Assembly: GCF_006345805.1 (NCBI RefSeq)
Contig: NW_021833948.1
Coordinates: forward strand, 1 to 52,779
From: Octopus sinensis
Lineage: Eukaryota
Reading direction: 5' to 3'
DNA length: 52,779 nt
Shown here: one piece after another, positions 11,782 through 23,250 of the stretch
Position numbering within the stretch: the stretch's first letter is position 1
How the letters are laid out: each line of letters opens with the position of its first letter
The notes under the pieces: generated by a model
Databases searched by the model: none
Seen by the model: the letters and a program-made list of their open reading frames with translations, nothing else
Told to the model about the DNA's origin: nothing
Made by a program: the position numbers and the translations under genes

Positions 11782-12082
11782 AGTTGTTGTTGTTTGTTCC
11801 TTCTCGAGCCATGCCTGGCTCATAAGGGCCGGTTTCCCGGTTTCCTTGGCGTATAGGTTCCCCACCTGGACGGGACGCCGGTCCGTCGCAGGTGACCTGC
11901 AAGATGCAGGAGGAAAGAGTGAGAGAAAGTTGTGGCAAAAGAGTCAGCAGAATTTCGCCATTATCTTCTGCCGGAGCCGCGTGGAGCTGAGGTGTTTCGC
12001 TCAGAAGCACACACACATCGCCCGGTTTGAGATTCGAACCCGTGATCCCTCGACCGCGAGTCCGCTGCTCTAACCACTAGAC
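11782..12082 (-). mobile_element. SINE family C
   Basis: Reverse complement of the 8168-8468 type. Confidence 0.9.
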
Positions 12083-12148
12083 ATGAAATGGGTGTGGATT
12101 GATTTTTGGCAATGCATATTCGGTTAAATGGTAGCACTTTATAATATA

Positions 12149-12366
12149 TGAGGGTGTGCTGAAAAGTTCCTGGCTTTATGGGTGTCGCGAAAGGCCTGGG
12201 TAGAGGCCCAACCTTCCGAGGTCTTTTAAGGGCTCAGAAAAAACTGAAGGACCACTGCAATAATTGTGTGAATCTGAGAGGGGAATATGCTGAATAAAAT
12301 CATAAGTAACTGATCCTCTTGTATTTTTCTTTTATCCGAAGCCAGGAACTTTCCAGCACTCTCTCC
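12149..12366 (+). mobile_element. Mariner-type MITE, copy 1
   Basis: TIRs GAGGGTGTGCTGAAAAGTTCCTGG / CCAGGAACTTTCCAGCACTCTCTC, preceded by TA. Confidence 0.75.
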
Positions 12367-12427
12367 TATGTGTGTGTATGTGTGTATGTGTGGTGTGTGT
12401 GTGTGTAAGTGTGTGTGTGTGTGTACA

Positions 12428-12630
12428 CGAGAGGGTACTGTAAAATTCCTGGCTTTAAGGGTATCGCGAAAGGCCTGTTTGGAGGCTCAGCCTTCCGAGG
12501 CCTTTTAAGGGCTTAGAAAAACTGAAGGACCGCTGCAATACGTGTGTGAATCTGAGAGCGGAATATATTGAATAATATCATGATTAACTGATCCTCTTTT
12601 ACCCCAAACCAGGAACTTTTCAGCAGCCCC
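12428..12630 (+). mobile_element. Mariner-type MITE, copy 2
   Basis: Collinear with 12149-12366; separated from it by (TG)n. Confidence 0.7.
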
Positions 12631-13394
12631 AAACATTAATGTATCTCATTAGCTTGTTGTGATAGGAATTCGACTTGCACTAAGCGCTACCCATTAGATC
12701 TAAGTCAACTAAATTACCTCTTTTCGCCTATGATCAACGAAGCAAATCTTGGATTTGAATACGAGTTGCATTGGTAGTTGGCATAATTTTGAAATAAAAT
12801 GAGCTCAGAATAATAACTCAGAGTGGCTTTACCTCTTGTTAATTATTGTACAGTTTCTATAGGCAGGAATGATTTTAATAAAACAAGAATTTATGTTGTA
12901 TGGTATTTGATACACCTATATTTGTATATCTTGCTTTGGCAGGTTGGTTTCAAATGTCTATCGCTCGTTTACAACTAGCATTGAGGTTATTTCTACGAAA
13001 ACAACCAGGTAACCGAAAAAAGAAAAACGGGTATGAAGAAATAAATAAATATACTAAGAAATAGTGCTAAATTGGAAGATAAAAAAGGATATAAACGATA
13101 AAAGAGAAAAAAAAAATGCAAGAAATTTTGAAAAAAAGAAAAAGAACGGAAAATGCTGAATGAGTAAAAAAATAGCTAAATGAAATTAAAAAAAAGGATA
13201 TCTAAATGGAAGAAGAAAAGAATAAAGGAAGAAAAATAAGGAATCTATAAACCAAACACTATTCATTCTGTCCAGGAAATTGCTAGACTCCAACAGGTAT
13301 TGTTCGGTGCAAAGTTTCAAACAAGAAGTGTTTGCATTGTAATAAAAATGCATCACTTCGCTAATGTTTTCTAGTGTTTCTAAGTTACATAAAA

Positions 13395-13434
<40 letters not shown>

Positions 13435-13659
13435 GCTAATTCTCAATGTAAATCGATCCACACACACACGCACACACGCACACACACGCGCGCACGAACA
13501 CACACGCATACGCACGCGCATACACACACAGAGTTATATGTACGCACGCATTATATGTACGCACACAAATTCCTCAAATACACATGTATGAACACGCGTG
13601 CGTGCATGCAACGGCCATACACCTTATTAAACCGACTTATATATATATATAATATATAT

Positions 13660-13704
<45 letters not shown>

Positions 13705-14050
13705 TATATATACATATGTTTGTGTTTGCATATACATGCACAGAAACGCAAACGAATATATATATAACACGCACACATATACGTATGTGCGTATACACAC
13801 ACGCGCACATACGTATATACATACATATATACAAGCATAAGTACATACATACATACATACATACATACATACATACATACGTGCATACATACAAACACGC
13901 AAACGGGTATATGTATAAATACAAATAAATACACACATACAGACATATATATATATGCGCGTGTGTATACACGCACATACACACACACGCACATGCATAC
14001 ATACATACACACACGTAAACCAAGTCACACAGGCACATAAACACACAAAC
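13395..14050. repeat. Compound (CA)n/(TA)n/(CATA)n microsatellite block
   Basis: Direct reading. Confidence 0.95.
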
Positions 14051-14772
14051 CATTCTCTTTGATTCGGTTCAAACATTTCTCCGTTTAATTCCATATTCCA
14101 GCGGTTCTCATCTCCTCCCTCTTTTTCGCATTCTTTTCCACTCTTTGTTTCTCTCTAATTTCTCTCACTCTCTTCTTCATACAGTCACCATCCTCTCTCC
14201 CAACTTTCACTTCCTACCTTCTGCCTTCTATGGCTTTAATTCTCTCTCTCTCTATTCTTTTCTAATCCTTTTTCTTTCTTACTTCCCCTGAGTATCAGTC
14301 TATCAATCAGCCTATCTCTATACATCTCTCTTTGTCTCTACCTTTTCAATCACGCTTTCTCTCTATAACCTACATGTTTTATCATTTCTCTCCCTTTTTC
14401 TCTCACATCAATCCACTATCTTTCTATCAATACACTATCTCTTTCTATCACTTTCCCTTAACCCTACATTCTACTTCAATCCTGCTTTCATCCTTTCTTT
14501 TTGACTATATAATTATCAGAAGTACAATGAAAGATATCGCCGAAAAACAAGTCTTTATTCTTCGCGATAATTTTTCTTGACACTCTCCGAATCTGTTTAT
14601 TTTATCTGTGGTTAGGTTATGTAGGGTATAAACCGAGTTGATTGTGTTGTTACAACGGGTTTCTAATAACTAGTTACACCGATAAAATACACACAATTGA
14701 TTCCTATTTGGATTTAAAGGTCAATATCGATCTCAACTCAAGACAAAATTACTCTTAGCAGCAACATATTAC

Positions 14773-14883
14773 CTCTACGAGTATATGAAATGGTCGCTGT
14801 CTTCCTCTCGTCGAATTCGACGCGAGAGTGCCAAAGAATTTAGCTCTTTTCTCACTTTCTTTTCCATTTTCAGGATAATCTTG
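14773..14883 (-). CDS. Best candidate host exon (111 nt, unidentified protein)
   Basis: Acceptor CTCCACTTTTTAG and donor GAG|GTAATA; only phase 0 is open: QDYPENGKESEKRAKFFGTLASNSTRGRQRPFHILVE. Confidence 0.35.
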
Positions 14884-15044
14884 CTAAAAAGTGGAGTAAG
14901 CAAATCTTTTGGACAGTCCAAGCAGTGACTCGTTTGAAGTGGTAATGGCTTGTGTTGGACCATTCACACTCTTTGGTACTGCTGACAGCAATAGTTGGTG
15001 CAAGTATGCCAGAAAACTGACGAACAGCAGACCCCCCAAATAGA

Positions 15045-15352
15045 AATCCTTTCCTTCTCGAGCCATGCCTGGCTCATAAGGGGCGATTTCCCGGTTTCCC
15101 GGTTTCCTTGGCGTATAGGTCCCCCACCTGGACCGGACGCCGGCCCGTCGCAGGTGAGCTGCAAGATGCAGGAAGAAAGAGTGAGAGAAAGTTGTAGCGA
15201 AAGAGTCAGCAGAAGTTCGCCATTACCTTCTGCCGGAGCCGCATGTAGTTTAGATGTTTCGCTCATAATCACACGCATCGTCCAGTCTGAGATTCGAACC
15301 CGCGATCCCTCGACCGCGAGTTCGCTGCTCTAACCACTAGGCCATGTGCCTC
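15045..15352 (-). mobile_element. SINE family C
   Basis: Full copy; TSD CAGACCCC(CC)AAATAGA at 15028-15044 and 15353-15367. Confidence 0.9.
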
Positions 15353-15944
15353 CAGACCCCAAATAGATGACTGTTGACTTGCACCGGTTCCTCCACCCTT
15401 TGACGGTCCTTGTTTTTCGTCCCACAGGGTATCCTATAATCACCCTCTTCACCAAGCAAGCCTGGTGGAGGTTATCGGTTTAGTCGCCGACGACCCGACC
15501 ATGCCATAGGTTGTAATGGGTTACAAGTTACCAGTGACACTCGAGAGTGATCTGACAACCATCATACATATATTACAATCTGTAAGTAGAAGAATAAAAA
15601 TATGCAAGACTTTTCTTAAGTTTAGAATGTGGCATAGTTTTTGTTATTTACATTCCAAGCAAGAAGGATTGTATCTTTGTTAGAATTCAGCTCCTTCCTC
15701 AGAGGGGAAGAATTGTAATAAAATTACAGAAGAGAACACACATACCAATGTAAGTACATGCATACATACGTACGTACGTACATACATACATACATACATA
15801 TATACTCACACACATATACATATACATACATTGGCACTCTCACATACTCATACATATATACGTATATAAAAATCTGATACCAGTTCAAATATACTTGAAC
15901 TGGTAACAAGCTTGTTTTTATACACATCACTGCTTAGCGCTTCT

Positions 15945-15986
<42 letters not shown>

Positions 15987-16027
15987 ATACACACACACAC
16001 ACACACACACACACATTCATTATCTAC

Positions 16028-16060
16028 TCCTCTGCTGCTTTCAGCCTCAACATCCGCCAT
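16028..16060 (-). CDS. Candidate start exon MADVEAESSRG (speculative)
   Basis: AACAAGATGGCGG start context in a locally CpG-richer unique segment; donor weak (GGA|GTAGAT). Confidence 0.15.
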
Positions 16061-16259
16061 CTTGTTTGCAAGTATTCACTTCCCAATGTCGCGAATGATC
16101 TTTCCGACCGTGAATCTACGAATTGTTACGGAGTGAAACATCGACTGTACACAATTAAACATTGTTATATGTATTGAACACTCTTTTTCGTGTTTACATT
16201 TCTGTCCGTCTCATTGTCTGTCTGTCTGCATGTCTGTCTGTCTGTCCGTCTGCCTGTCT

Positions 16260-17573
16260 GTATGTATGTATGTACAGATTTGTATGTTTTATGTACGTAT
16301 TCTCATGCTTATAGTTACATATCTAGACATGCTCATATATATTTAAATGATAAACTTCTGAAAAGTTTTACAGATTTTTACAGTTCCAGTTATAGATTGG
16401 ATCTGTAGCCTTCGTATTAGCTTTCTCCTTTCTAGTTTCGAGAAGCCTAATTTCTCAAGATTGGTATTTAGGCAGTGTGTTACATATCCCAGGGTCCCAA
16501 TACTCACAGGTATAAACCTGAACTTGTAATCTGGATAGAGTAACTGCAGATTTCTCAATAGTTAAGCATAGGTGTTCTCTTTTTCATTGATCTTCAGCTT
16601 TATGTTAACATCCGCTGGGCAGCTAATTTCCACAGCTGAGCACAGTTTCTCTTCTTTGTCCCAACTGGTCTGTTGTGCTTACGTTATATTGAGGTCTTCA
16701 CTGGTACATCCTTTTCGTTATGAGTGGCTATGGCTTCTACCATATTGTGGGTTTTTATTTCTTTGTCTTCGGGATTATCCTTCCGACTGATTTCTTCATA
16801 GAGTGTCCTAGCTATGTCATGTCTCATCGGCAGATAATACATTTTCGGACAACTGCTTATGATGTGGGTGATATCTTTAGTGTAAACTCCACAAAGTCTG
16901 TATCGGTTGTCACATTTTACGGCTTTTCCTGCATCTGAGGAATTACAACCGTGTTTCGTGGTCTGCTACCACAACAGCTCCTTTATAGGATCCAGTTAGC
17001 TCAAGACATCAAGACTCCTCTACCGTTTTGACGTGCCCCCCCCCTTTCGGAGGTGTCTTCAGCTCTGGTGTTCCTTGGCCTCTTCGATGTATCGTCAGCG
17101 TGTGTCAGCCGGTGACTGACTGTCTTGTCAAATTTCTCCCTTTAAATACCTGTCACGTGACACTGTCTCACCTTAACTGACTAGTGAAGGCGCGTAGTTT
17201 TAGCCTTTTGTGCATCAGGTACTTGGTTAATATTTCCTGTTCCTGGATTCAAAGTGGGAGGTAATAATCCGGCTATTCGTCCATGACAAACTGCTTTGAT
17301 GATCAATGTTACTATCATCAAAGAGTTTTCTACTAACATATCCATGCATAGTCTTCGGCTCATATAAGCTCATCCTTTCATCTGATGGTACATTGCGGTA
17401 GAGTCATGCGACTTCTTTAAGCATGTATTCCAGGTTATCAGACAAAGAGTGTTGCTCAAGGAGCTGCCTTCCAAGTCTTATGATGTTATCAGCCTCATGT
17501 ATGCATACTTGGTCAAGGGATGCACCTCAATACTTGGTGGTCAAAAGATGTTGTATGTATGTATGTATTAGCA
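16260..17573 (-). mobile_element. 5'-truncated R4/Dong-type (RLE-bearing) non-LTR retrotransposon, pseudogenic, interrupted at about 16937-17197
   Basis: Frames give MHGYVSRK..TSHFE..QEQEILTKYLMHKR / DAGK..RLCG..ITHIISSC (CCHC) ..RHD..RP..VEISCPAD..EKENTY..IPVSIGTLG..GTVKICKTF*; flanked on both sides by (TATG)n. Confidence 0.9.
16937..17197. mobile_element. Unclassified ~260-bp insertion within the R4/Dong LINE
   Basis: Splits the LINE frame between MHKR and DAGK; contains TTTAAATACC, TCACGTGAC and CTGACTAGTGAAGGC. Confidence 0.55.
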
Positions 17574-18423
17574 GACTTTGGACACGTGTGTGGGCCGAAC
17601 GAGGCATCAGACTTTCCAATACAGAGACCACCGTACGCCGCTGGTATATATATTTGATCCCAGAAGCGTTTTTTATTATCTATGAATGTACAATTATGTA
17701 TGAATGTAGCATATTTAATGAGGAGGAGGGGCGCTGTTATGGTAGTTGCATTTTGGGGGTTTGCCATATAAGCATGTATAGGGGCGGAAGTGGAGTGTGG
17801 GTGAATAATCAACCTAAAGGCCAGCCGGGCAGCACACACCCTACACCATTGTTAAAGTATCAGTCCTCTAGACTAATTTTACCACACTCTAGATACTCAC
17901 ATGTATGTATGTATGTATGTATGTATGTATGTATGTATGTATGTATGTATGTATGTATGTATGTATATATACACACACACATATATATCTGTATATATAT
18001 ATGACTTAACGAAGAACTTTACTTCATACAACGTAGAGTAGATATAACGAAAAACTTTAAACAGTTAAATCGAAGGATATTAAGTAAGGATCCTGAATAA
18101 ACGGCACCGGTATTATAGTAGGGTTCCAATTGCAACTGCCACTAATCGTTGCAGTTGAAACATGTGTAGGTCTATGTAAAGCTGTATATGTATTAAAAGA
18201 ATTAAAGGTAATGCAATGCCACTTCCTAATAATCCTTATTATTGTTTCTACACACACATATATATATATGTGTATAAATAACTTATAAAATATGGGCAAA
18301 AGAAAAAATTCTAATGCCAAATATGCCGAAAATAGACAAATTGTCATAATGGTTATTGACAATTTGTCTATTTTCGGCATATTTGGCATTAGAATTTTTT
18401 CTTTTGCCCATATTTTATAAGTT

Positions 18424-18816
18424 ACTAGCAGTATCGCCCGGCGTTGCTCGGGTTTGTAAGGGAAATAACTAGAAAGCATTTTTAGAGAGTTATAGCCAAA
18501 AAATAGCAAAAAATGCATTAAAAATGGAAAAAAAATTATGGTAAATTTTTTTAAAAATCGTTGACTCATCGTAGACATTTTTAGAGAGTTATTTTCCTTT
18601 ATTAAAAAATATGCATTAAAATGGAAAAAAATGATGGTAAATTATTTTAAAAATCGTAGACTCATCGTAGACGCGCGCTAATACCCAGAAGGGCTCGATA
18701 TGAATCACGACTATAAGATACCCGGTTTTGGTTAAACTGCATCGCAAAATGTGGGAGTAGTTAGGAATCTAAATCATAGGAGACAGACACACAACTTGAC
18801 TTTTATATATAAAGAT
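18424..18816 (+). mobile_element. Helentron/DINE-1-like non-autonomous element
   Basis: ACTAGCAGTATCGCCCGGCGTTGCTCGGG start, internal ~115-bp direct repeat, end ACAACTTGACTTTTATATATAAAGAT; second copy at 26961-27338. Confidence 0.75.
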
Positions 18817-19479
18817 TTATACATTTAACCTTTAAAGGTATTTTTTAATATGCTGGCCATTGATAGAACTTTTTCGAAAAATTTTATCCTATATTAGATA
18901 TAAATTTAATAGTGTTCACTTCCGGATTCTCTCACTCTGTGAAAGTTTCTAGTTCGAATCACACGTGTCTCGAGATGTGCTGAAGATTTTCTATTTTGGA
19001 TATATTTATGTCCAACCTAAGACCCTCAAATGAAAAAAGAATTTCTATACCATGGCTTTACATGCTAGAAATAGCAGCCAAACCACAGTGAAATGAATCA
19101 ACTTGCTTGACATACTTGCCGTGTACTGAACACCTAATAAATATATAACAAATGCTGTATATTTGTTTAAATAATTAAAAACCGCCATGAGTTTAATGAG
19201 AAAGCGTCCGTTTTTTTTTCTCATATATATTACGATTAAAACAAACGGGAACACACAATTGATTCCATCGCTGCAGGACCACAGTTGATGTTGTTACTCC
19301 TCCTCCTACGTTCTGCTATTGTTTGTGCTTCTGCGACGGCGAGATGGAAATTCACAGTTTACGGCTATTTGATTCTTGTTCCTATACCGGTGCTTATGAA
19401 CTAAGCAAATTACAAAACTTGACAATACTAACCAATTATTTGTCTACTGTGGTTACAAGCTCTACTGTCTTTAAAAATA

Positions 19480-20046
19480 TTGGGTTGTCCGGAAAGTTTG
19501 TGCCAATTTATAGTAGCTTACCTTTCGACTTATTTTAGAACATGGCTGAGTCCATAAAATAGGATTTTACTACACCTCCATTTAGAGCACAGTTTAAGCT
19601 ATCTTTTCGTTCGAAGAAGGTTTATGTTCCTATAACCTGTGTTAATTCTGTAACCCTTTAAAATGGAAGATAAGAAAGTTCATTTTCGGCACTTGATGCT
19701 TTGGGAACCAGACAAAAATTGCTGCAGCTCGGCTGGGATGTGTTACCCCACCCTCCATATTCACCAGATATTGCTCCTTCGGATTTCCACTTATTCAGGT
19801 CTCTGCAGAATAGTCTTAATGGTAAAAAATTCAATTCCTTGGATGACGTAAAAAGATACCTTGATGAATCCTTTGCCATGAAACCACCTCAATTCTGGGA
19901 AGAGGGTATTTTCAAGTTAAAGGAAAGATGGAGATGCATTGTGCAACAAAACGGTTGATATTTGGTTGATTAAAAATGTAATGGCAAGTATTTATTGACC
20001 TTTTTCTTTCCTTTAAAAATCGGCACGAGCTTTCCGGACAACCCAA
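19480..20046 (+). mobile_element. Internally deleted mariner element retaining the transposase C-terminus
   Basis: TIRs TTGGGTTGTCCGGAAAG / CTTTCCGGACAACCCAA with TA on both sides; MEDKKVHFRHLML fused to TRQKLLQLGWDVLPHPPYSPDIAPSDFHLFRSLQN. Confidence 0.95.
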
Positions 20047-20149
20047 TAGTTTAAATAGTGTATCCTACGGCAAATTATTCCCGTTAAAATAAAGAAGGAA
20101 TGGCTATGCTTGGACTGACCACTAGAACTAAACAACAACCGCTAGCCTC

Positions 20150-20360
20150 TTCTAAATGGTAACCACCACAAAAATTATTATCACTACCAATATACAACAC
20201 CACTGCCAATTCTACCACCACCACCACCACCACCACCACCAACATCACCACCGCCCTACCAGTACACATCACCATTGCCACTGCCACCACTTCCACTACC
20301 ATCACTACTGCCAGCACCACCAACGCCACCGCTGCAACCATTACCGTCACCTTCATAAAT
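20150..20360. repeat. Degenerate (CAC/CAT)n trinucleotide tract
   Basis: Direct reading; source of the His/Val-rich ORFs. Confidence 0.9.
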
Positions 20361-20671
20361 ATTATAACCGGAACTTTAATGAAAGCAGTGTTGGGTTTAG
20401 CCAAGTCGAGGAAACAATACAAGCTGTGACATGATTTCCTGGCAGAACTTCCATTTAACGCTTTTCTTGATCGTTATCGCAAAGACGGATCGAAATAGGA
20501 TCACCACTCTAAACAATCGGATTATCGACTACTACTACTACTTCCACAACTGCTACTACTAATACTAGTAATAATTAATTCTTTATTAGCCACAAGGGGC
20601 TTACATAAAGCAACATGAAATACAACGGGTTTTAAAATGTGTAAATAGTGAGTAAGAAAAAAAATATTGAA

Positions 20672-20909
20672 AGGCGTAGGAGTGGCTGTGGGGTAAGTAG
20701 CTAGCTTACGAACCACATGGTTCCGCGTTCAGTCCCATTGCGTGGCACCTTGTGCAAATATCTTCTACTATAGCCTCGGGTCGACCAAAGTTATGTAAGT
20801 GGATTTGGTAGACGGAAATTGAAAGAAGCCCGTCGTATATATGTATATGTATATATATATATATTATATATATATATATTATATATATATATATATGTGT
20901 GTGTGTGTG

Positions 20910-20954
<45 letters not shown>

Positions 20955-21178
20955 TGTATGTCTGTGTCTGTGTCTGTGTTTGTCCCCCCCAACATCACTT
21001 GACAACCGATGCTGGTGTGTTTACATCCCCGTAACTTAGCGGTTCGGCAAAAGAGACCGATAGAATAAGTACTAGGCTTACAAAGAATAAGTCCCGGGGT
21101 CGATTTACTTGACTAAAGGTGGTGCTCCAGCATGGCCACAGTCACATGACTGAAACAAGTAAAAAAGTAAAAGAGTAA
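20672..21178 (+). mobile_element. SINE family B, full length
   Basis: Matches 1729-2126 with a longer internal (TA)n(TG)n. Confidence 0.9.
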
Positions 21179-21209
21179 GTAAAACTCCCAAAAGGGGGTA
21201 AGAGAAGCG

Positions 21210-21372
21210 CTTTAAGGCTATTACTGTTCAGCTGGTACTTATTTTATTGAATCCGAAGGGATGAAAGACAAAGTCAACCTCGGCGGAATTTGAACTCAGA
21301 GCGTAAAGGCGGATGAAATACCGCTAAGCATTTTGCCCGGCGTGCTAACGACTCAGCCAGCTTGTCGCCTTA
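21210..21372 (-). mobile_element. SINE family A (head and core)
   Basis: GGATGAAAGACAAAGTC..GGAATTTGAACTCAG..AAGCATTTTGCCCGGCGTGCTAACG. Confidence 0.8.
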
Positions 21373-21735
21373 ATAATCATAACAATAATGATAACGACAA
21401 TTTATTTTGCAACGGATGAGATGACATTACAAAAACAAACTTCAAAGAAGTAAAAGAAAAATAAATTAAAAAAATACAAAAAAATAAAAATTACATTGTG
21501 AAGACTCAGAGAACAAAGGTCAACGAAGAATTCCCATAGATCCAGGATTACCTGGTCTATTGAGGGCAATTTTCTTTTCCCAGCTGTGTTCTCAAGGGGC
21601 CTATAGGCACTAACTAAGAGAGACCCTTTCACCCAATCCATGCTTGCCGCTTTCCTACACGTCCCAAAACATTTAATGGAACTTAGCATCTCATAATCCA
21701 TCTTCACCTTCCCCTTCAAACGGTATTTGTAGAAG

Positions 21736-23250
21736 GCGGCGAGCTGGCAGAAACGTTAGCACGCCGGGCGAAATGCGTAGCCGTATTTCGTCTGCCGTTA
21801 CGTTCTGAGTTCAAATTCCGCCGAGGTCGACTTTGCCTTTCATCCTTTCGGGGTCGATAAATTAAGGACCAGTTACGCACTGGGGTCGATATAATCGACT
21901 TAATCCGTTTGTCTGTCCTTGTTTGTTCCCTCTGTGTTTAGCCCCTTGTGGGTAGTAAAGAAATAGGTATTTCGTCTGCCGTTACGTTCTGAGTTCAAAT
22001 TCCGCCGAGGTCGACTTTGCCTTTCATCCTTTCTGGGTTGATAAATTAAGGACCAGTTACGCACTGGGGTCGATATAATCGACTTAATCCGTTTGTCTGT
22101 CCTTGTTCGTCCCTTCTGTGTCTAGCCCCTTGTGGGTAGTAAAGAAAAAGGTATTTCGTCTGCCGTTACGTTCTGAGTTCAAATTCCGCCGAGGTCGACT
22201 TTGCCTTTCATCCTTTCTGGGTTGATAAATTAAGGACCAGTTACGCACTGGGGTCGATATAATCGACTTAATCCGTTTGTCTGTCCTTGTTCGTCCCTTC
22301 TGTGTCTAGCCCCTTGTGGGTAGTAAAGAAAAAGGTATTTCGTCTGCCGTTACGTTCTGAGTTCAAATTCCGCCGAGGTCGACTTTGCCTTTCATCCTTT
22401 CTGGGTTGATAAATTAAGGACCAGTTACGCACTGGGGTCGATATAATCGACTTAATCCGTTTGTCTGTCCTTGTTCGTCCCTTCTGTGTCTAGCCCCTTG
22501 TGGGTAGTAAAGAAAAAGGTATTTCGTCTGCCGTTACGTTCTGAGTTCAAATTCCGCCGAGGTCGACTTTGCCTTTCATCCTTTCTGGGTGATAAATTAA
22601 GGACCAGTTACGCACTGGGGTCGATATAATCGACTTAATCCGTTGTCTGTCCTTGTTCGTCCCTTCTGTGTCTAGCCCCTTGTGGTTAGTAAAGAAAAAG
22701 TATTTCGTCTGCCGTTACGTTCTGAGTTCAAATTCCGCCGAGGTCGACTTTGCCTTTCATCCTTTCTGGGTTGATAAATTAAGGACCAGTTACGCACTGG
22801 GGTCAATATAATCGACTTAATCCGTTTGTCTGTCCTTGTTCGTCCCTTCTGTGTCTAGCCCCTTGTGGGTAGTAAAGAAAAAGGTATTTCGTCTGCCGTT
22901 ACGTTCTGAGTTCAAATTCCGCCGAGGTCGACTTTGCCTTTCATCCTTTCTGGGTTGATAAATTAAGGACCAGTTACGCACTGGGGTCGATATAATCGAC
23001 TTAATCCGTTTGTCTGTCCTTGTTCGTCCCTTCTGTGTCTAGCCCCTTGTGGGTAGTAAAGAAAAAGGTATTTCGTCTGCCGTTACGTTCTGAGTTCAAA
23101 TTCCGCCGAGGTCGACTTTGCCTTTCATCCTTTCTGGGTTGATAAATTAAGGACCAGTTACACACTGGGGTCGATATAATCGACTTAATCCGTTTGTCTG
23201 TCCTTGTTTGTCCCCTCTGTGTTTAGCCCCTTGTGGGTAGTAAAGAAATA
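21736..23250 (+). mobile_element. SINE A1 concatemer: one head + 8 tandem ~184-bp units
   Basis: Unit starts near 21781, 21966, 22150, 22334, 22518, 22700, 22883 and 23067; 14-bp TSD GGTATTTGTAGAAG at 21722-21735 and 23251-23264. Confidence 0.95.

Noticed and set aside
14773-14883. RPFHILVE as the start of a deoxynucleoside kinase (PF.V.VEGNIGSGK)
   Set aside because: No downstream exon encoding GNIGSGK or other dNK motifs was found in the remaining 14.7 kb, so no name was assigned.
13276-14895. Plus-strand micro-exons EIARLQQ and DNLAKKW
   Set aside because: Very short, the second overlaps the better minus-strand candidate, and no consistent plus-strand chain could be built.
17423-18004. 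193-aa ORF
   Set aside because: A chimera of antisense LINE, an unrelated repeat and (TATG)n.
21736-23250. Regular array resembling a CRISPR locus or satellite
   Set aside because: No unique spacers and no cas genes; the units are SINE bodies inside a TSD in eukaryotic DNA.
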